Positions 60,225 to 64,000 of a DNA stretch of 64,000 nucleotides are shown here, one piece after another. Source of the stretch: Spirochaetia bacterium (GTDB lineage: Bacteria > Spirochaetota > Spirochaetia > SZUA-6 > Bin103). Both the position numbers and the translations under genes were made by a program. Position 1 is the first letter of the stretch. Each line of letters begins with the position of its first letter. The notes beneath the pieces were generated by a model, which worked only from the letters and a program-made list of their open reading frames with translations, ran no database searches and had not been told where the DNA came from. The stretch spans positions 3,904,001 through 3,968,000 of the forward strand of contig OZ241907.1 of NCBI GenBank assembly GCA_965203515.1, written 5' to 3'.

Positions 60225-60401
60225 GTCGCCAGTACTATAGCGGATCGGGCGCGGCCCCGCCGCTGCGGCCGGCGCCCCGACCGTCGACCCGGGACGGAAG
60301 CCCCAGCATGCGCGGATTGGTAAGCGAACGTAAATCGATGCGAGCCGCACCGGCCGTAGCGCGGCCCCGCGCTGGCACCGTTCTTGCTTCATCGCATCGG
60401 C

Positions 60402-61610
60402 ATGACGTTTCTCATCATCCGTGTCGCCGCCATCGCGCTGTTCGCCGCCGCTGCCACAGTCTCCCGGGCGCAGGAGCTGCAGGTCGATCTCAAGGGGACC
60501 GGCGCTCAGGTCGCCGCCGCTTCGGTCGATCTCGATCTCGACCGGGTGCGGCTGATCGCCCGCACCCATCGCAGCACGCGCCGCTCCGTCGTCGGGGTCG
60601 ATACCGAGCCGCTGACCGTGGGGCCGTTGCGGTTCGCCGGATTGGCCCGCGTCCTCACCGCCTCTCCGCTCGACCTGTATCCGTGGAGCTCCGCGCTGAC
60701 GGCCGCCGGCGGCGCGCTCCTGGACCGTGCGCGGACCCCGTCCGGCCGTTTCGGCGCATCGTTGCGCGCCGGCGACGCGCTCTACTTCTACGCGATGCGC
60801 CGCTCCGCGACGATGGGCCGGCTCGGCGCCGGCGGGCGCGTCGATCACGATGCCGGACTGTCCGCCGAGCTGGCGGCGGCCTTCACCTATCTTTCGACCG
60901 AGCCGGGCGGACCGGCCGCCGCGGCGCCTGCGCCCCGTGCGCGGATGCTCCACGCGGCCGTCCGCGTTCGCGGCGCCGGCGACCTGCTCGACGTGACCGC
61001 CGTGCCGATCGTCATGGCGGCGGACCGGCTGCCGCCGGCCGGCGCGGGCGTCGTCAGCGCCGGACTCGACTGGGGGCGGCTCGCGCTGGACGCCTCGCTG
61101 GCGTTTGCCGGCCGGCGGTACTTCACCGGCGACGCGAAGCGTGCCGCCGGGGCCAGCGCTGCGGTCCGCATGCGCGCCGTCGGCGAAGCCGGCCAATCGC
61201 TGGAGCTGCGCTCGCGGTGGCGGTACGACTCGTCGCCGGAACGGGTGCTCTCCGCCCGGCTGACGTCGGGCGCGGGCGCAGCGACCGGTTTCTTCGCCCG
61301 CGCCGAGGTGTCGCATCGCCTGACGCGCCGGTCGGACGGCGTGCGGCTGTCCGCTCGGGCGGAGGCCCGCGATCGCGGCACCCGCGGCTGGCTGTCCGGA
61401 TCGGTGAGCGCGACCGGCGGCCGGACGACCCACCGCATCGAGGTGGGGGCGCGGCTGCAGGCGGCGCCGGACCTGCGGCTCACCGTCGCCGCGGGATGGG
61501 CGGGGGAGTGGAACGCGCGGGTGGAGTGGGTGCTGCAGGCAGCCGGGCACGAGGTCGAGTTCGACGTGGACCACGACAACGACTGGGGGATCGGCCTGCG
61601 GCTGCGATGA
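60402..61610 (+). CDS. Hypothetical exported protein, beta-strand rich (possible outer-membrane protein)
   Basis: Signal-like N-terminus (AAIALFAAAATVSRA-QE); alternating hydrophobic strands; C-terminal WGIGLRLR. Confidence 0.55.
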   Translation: MTFLIIRVAAIALFAAAATVSRAQELQVDLKGTGAQVAAASVDLDLDRVRLIARTHRSTRRSVVGVDTEPLTVGPLRFAGLARVLTASPLDLYPWSSALTAAGGALLDRARTPSGRFGASLRAGDALYFYAMRRSATMGRLGAGGRVDHDAGLSAELAAAFTYLSTEPGGPAAAAPAPRARMLHAAVRVRGAGDLLDVTAVPIVMAADRLPPAGAGVVSAGLDWGRLALDASLAFAGRRYFTGDAKRAAGASAAVRMRAVGEAGQSLELRSRWRYDSSPERVLSARLTSGAGAATGFFARAEVSHRLTRRSDGVRLSARAEARDRGTRGWLSGSVSATGGRTTHRIEVGARLQAAPDLRLTVAAGWAGEWNARVEWVLQAAGHEVEFDVDHDNDWGIGLRLR

Positions 61611-61650
61611 CGATCGGCCTGCGGCTGATGACGATCGGCCTGCGGCTGAT
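61590..61650. repeat. Three tandem copies of about 21 bp (gatcggcctgcggctgatgac)
   Basis: Read directly; duplicates the 3' end of the preceding gene. Confidence 0.85.
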
Positions 61651-61687
61651 GGGGCGCGCCGATTGCCGGAACCGCCTGCGGTGCTCT

Positions 61688-63139
61688 ATGATCGGGGGAA
61701 TCGAAGACAACGCTCTTTTTCTCCACAACACCCTGACCGGCAGGGTGGAGCCGTTCGTGCCGCTGGTGGACGGGCACGCCGGCATGTACTGCTGCGGACC
61801 GACCGTCTATCTCGACCAGCATCTCGGCAACCTGCGCACCTACCTGTTCGAGGACGTGCTGCGGCGCACCCTGGAGGACTGCGGCTACCGGGTCCGCCAC
61901 GTCATGAACGTCACCGACGTGGGCCATCTCACCGACGACGGCGACGAGGGCGAGGACAAGATGATCAGGAGCGCCCGCGCCTCCGGCTTCTCGGTCGAGC
62001 AGATCGCCGAGCACTACACCGGGCAGTTCTTCCGGGACTGCCAAGCGTTGCGGATCACCGCGCCCACGGTCGTGTGCAAGGCGACCGAGCACATCCCGGA
62101 CATGATCGCGCTGATCGAACGACTGGCCGAGCGCGGCCACACCTACCGCGCCGGCGGCAACGTCTTCTACGACATCTCCACGTTCCCCCCGTACGGCCGG
62201 ATGGCGCGCCTCGACCTGGATGAGCTGCAGGCCGGGGCGCGCATCCAGGTCGACGTACGGAAGCGCAGCCCGCACGACTTCGGCCTGTGGTTCACCAATT
62301 CGAAGTTCGAACGGCAGGCCATGCTGTGGGACTCGCCCTGGGGGCGCGGCTACCCCGGATGGCACATCGAGTGCAGCGCGATGTCGATGCGCTACCTGGG
62401 CGAGCGCTTCGACATCCACTGCGGGGGCGTCGATCACATCCCCGTGCATCACACCAATGAAATCGCGCAGTCGGACGGAGCGACCGGGCAACCGTGCGTG
62501 CGCTACTGGGTGCACGGCGAGTTCCTGGTGATCGACGGGGCGCGCATGGCCAAGTCGGGCGGCAACCTGGCCACCCTGTCGCAGCTGGTCGAGCGCGGCT
62601 TCGATCCGCTCGATTACCGCTACTTCTGTCTGGGAGCTCACTACCGGGACCAGCACACCTTCTCCGAACGAGGTATGGCGGCCGCCCGCAGCGCCCGCCG
62701 CCGCCTGCTCGACCGCATCGCCGAGCTGGCCGAGCTGGCCGCCGGCGCGGAGCCGCCGGGCGCCGAAGAGCTGGCCGAGGAGGCGTGGCGGGACTTCCGC
62801 CGCCATGCCCGGGACGACCTGCACATGCCGCGCTGTCTGGCGGTGCTGTGGGGCCTGGTGAAGGACCCGCGCGTGGGGGCGGCCGCCAAGCTCGACGTGC
62901 TGCGGCGCATGGACCGCATCCTGGCCGTCGGCATCGAAGAGGCCGGTGCGCGCCGCGCGGAGCTGGCCCCGGAGCTGCGCGCGCTGATCGAGCGCCGCTC
63001 GGCCGCGCGCGCCGAGCGGGACTTCGCGACCGCCGACCGGATTCGCGCTGAGCTTGCCACGCGCGGCATACTGCTCGAAGATCGGCCCGAAGGGGTGCGA
63101 TGGCGCTTCATCGAAGGGGAGCGCTCACCGAAGTTGTAA
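61688..63139 (+). CDS. cysS: Cysteine--tRNA ligase
   Basis: YCCGPTVY, HLGN, NVTDVGH, GYPGWHIECSAM, DIHCGG.DH..HH.NE, RMAKS. Confidence 0.96.
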   Translation: MIGGIEDNALFLHNTLTGRVEPFVPLVDGHAGMYCCGPTVYLDQHLGNLRTYLFEDVLRRTLEDCGYRVRHVMNVTDVGHLTDDGDEGEDKMIRSARASGFSVEQIAEHYTGQFFRDCQALRITAPTVVCKATEHIPDMIALIERLAERGHTYRAGGNVFYDISTFPPYGRMARLDLDELQAGARIQVDVRKRSPHDFGLWFTNSKFERQAMLWDSPWGRGYPGWHIECSAMSMRYLGERFDIHCGGVDHIPVHHTNEIAQSDGATGQPCVRYWVHGEFLVIDGARMAKSGGNLATLSQLVERGFDPLDYRYFCLGAHYRDQHTFSERGMAAARSARRRLLDRIAELAELAAGAEPPGAEELAEEAWRDFRRHARDDLHMPRCLAVLWGLVKDPRVGAAAKLDVLRRMDRILAVGIEEAGARRAELAPELRALIERRSAARAERDFATADRIRAELATRGILLEDRPEGVRWRFIEGERSPKL

Positions 63140-63152
63140 CCAGGGTACGTCG

Positions 63153-63686
63153 ATGTTGTTGTCTAACGATGGAGCGCGCCGCGAATTTGACCGCATCTAC
63201 CGAAGCCTCTTCCCGACCCTGTTCCGGGTGGCGTACCGCATCTGCCTCGACCAGGGGCTGGCGGAGGACATCTGTCAGGAAGCGTTCATGCGCTACCTGC
63301 GCCGCCCCGCCGCACTGCCCGACCTCGACCAGACGAAGTTCTGGCTGTTGCGCGTGGTGCGCAACCTTTCGCTCAACGTGGAGAAGCGCAGGAAGCGCGA
63401 GCTCCGCGCCAACCGCGACGTCACGCGCGCGCCGCGCTGGACGCGGGACGAGACCGCCGAAGACGACGTGCTGCGCTCGGAGACCCGGTCCGCGGTGCAG
63501 TCCGCGCTGGGCAGCCTGCCCATCAACCTGCGGACCGCGCTCGTGATGCGCGAGTACGGCGGTCTGAGCTACCGCGAGATCGCGGCCGTGTTGCGCATCA
63601 GCGAAAGCAACGTAAAGGTGCGGGTGTTCCGCGCCCGCCAGCGCCTGGGGAAGGTCCTCGATCCGAGCAGCCTGCATGTGTCCTGA
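63153..63686 (+). CDS. ECF RNA polymerase sigma factor
   Basis: AEDICQEAF, WLLRVVRN, GLSYREIA, VKVRVFRAR. Confidence 0.92.
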   Translation: MLLSNDGARREFDRIYRSLFPTLFRVAYRICLDQGLAEDICQEAFMRYLRRPAALPDLDQTKFWLLRVVRNLSLNVEKRRKRELRANRDVTRAPRWTRDETAEDDVLRSETRSAVQSALGSLPINLRTALVMREYGGLSYREIAAVLRISESNVKVRVFRARQRLGKVLDPSSLHVS

Positions 63687-64000
63687 CGACCCGGTCCTGT
63701 CGAGCTACCTCGACCACGAGCTTGCGCCTGGCGTCTCCGAGGAGGTGGAGGCCCATCTGGCCGATTGCGACCACTGCCGCAACCGCCTGCGGCGCTACCA
63801 GTCGGTGGCGCATGGTCTGCTGGAGTGCGAAGAACCCGACGTGGAAGAGGCCGGGATGCGTATCTGGCAGCGGATCGACGCGCTGGCGCCGGTCGCTGCC
63901 CGGCCGCGCCGCGTGTCGCTGCGGATGCCGGTCGCGGCGGCGTCCATGGCGGCGGCGATCGCCATCGTGTTCACCGTGGCGCTCGGCGATCGCCCGGCGG
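63676..64000 (+). CDS. Zinc-finger (zf-HC2) anti-sigma factor, truncated by the window end
   Basis: Manual translation: MCPDDPVLSSYLDHEL...EAHLADCDHC (HxxxCxxC), then a hydrophobic segment. Confidence 0.85.
   Translation, partial: MCPDDPVLSSYLDHELAPGVSEEVEAHLADCDHCRNRLRRYQSVAHGLLECEEPDVEEAGMRIWQRIDALAPVAARPRRVSLRMPVAAASMAAAIAIVFTVALGDRPA

Noticed and set aside
61590..61650. Short repeat clusters (also 16716, 43670, 54876) as CRISPR arrays
   Set aside because: Units are adjacent with no unique spacers, only 2-3 copies, and no cas genes.

Overview
High-GC bacterial chromosomal window, most likely from a Spirochaetota. This assignment is an inference from the cysS / ECF sigma / zinc anti-sigma gene order, also seen in Treponema, and from a kinase-like membrane gene coupled to murD. 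In order, it holds: an AddAB-type helicase-nuclease pair; a defence patch (N4/N6 methyltransferase + BglII/BstYI-family endonuclease, orphan DUF1156 methyltransferase); three PhyH-family dioxygenases; a VKOR-DsbA fusion; an M24 peptidase; NfeD + two SPFH genes; a Ku / ATP-dependent ligase / MerR-HTH-TPR operon; a 9-gene minus-strand corrinoid methyl-transfer cluster ending in an aldolase and a UxaA-family dehydratase; GAF-containing ptsP; a decayed patch (HsdS remnant, frameshifted HNH gene and a partial copy of it); a NarL / FtsX-permease / sensorless histidine kinase module with a 40-bp duplicated site; hpf; two hydroxyacid dehydrogenases; EamA; an M20 peptidase; a lower-GC two-gene cassette (small YHGYP protein + degenerate ImmA/IrrE-like protein); an Opp-type ABC transporter; murD; cysS; and an ECF sigma/anti-sigma pair. 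I saw no rRNA, tRNA, CRISPR array or intact transposase. Best candidates for undescribed systems are the 48.6-50.3 kb cassette, the Ku-ligase-MerR/TPR operon and the corrinoid cluster with its uncharacterised lead gene. All calls come from reading motifs by eye; no database searches were run.
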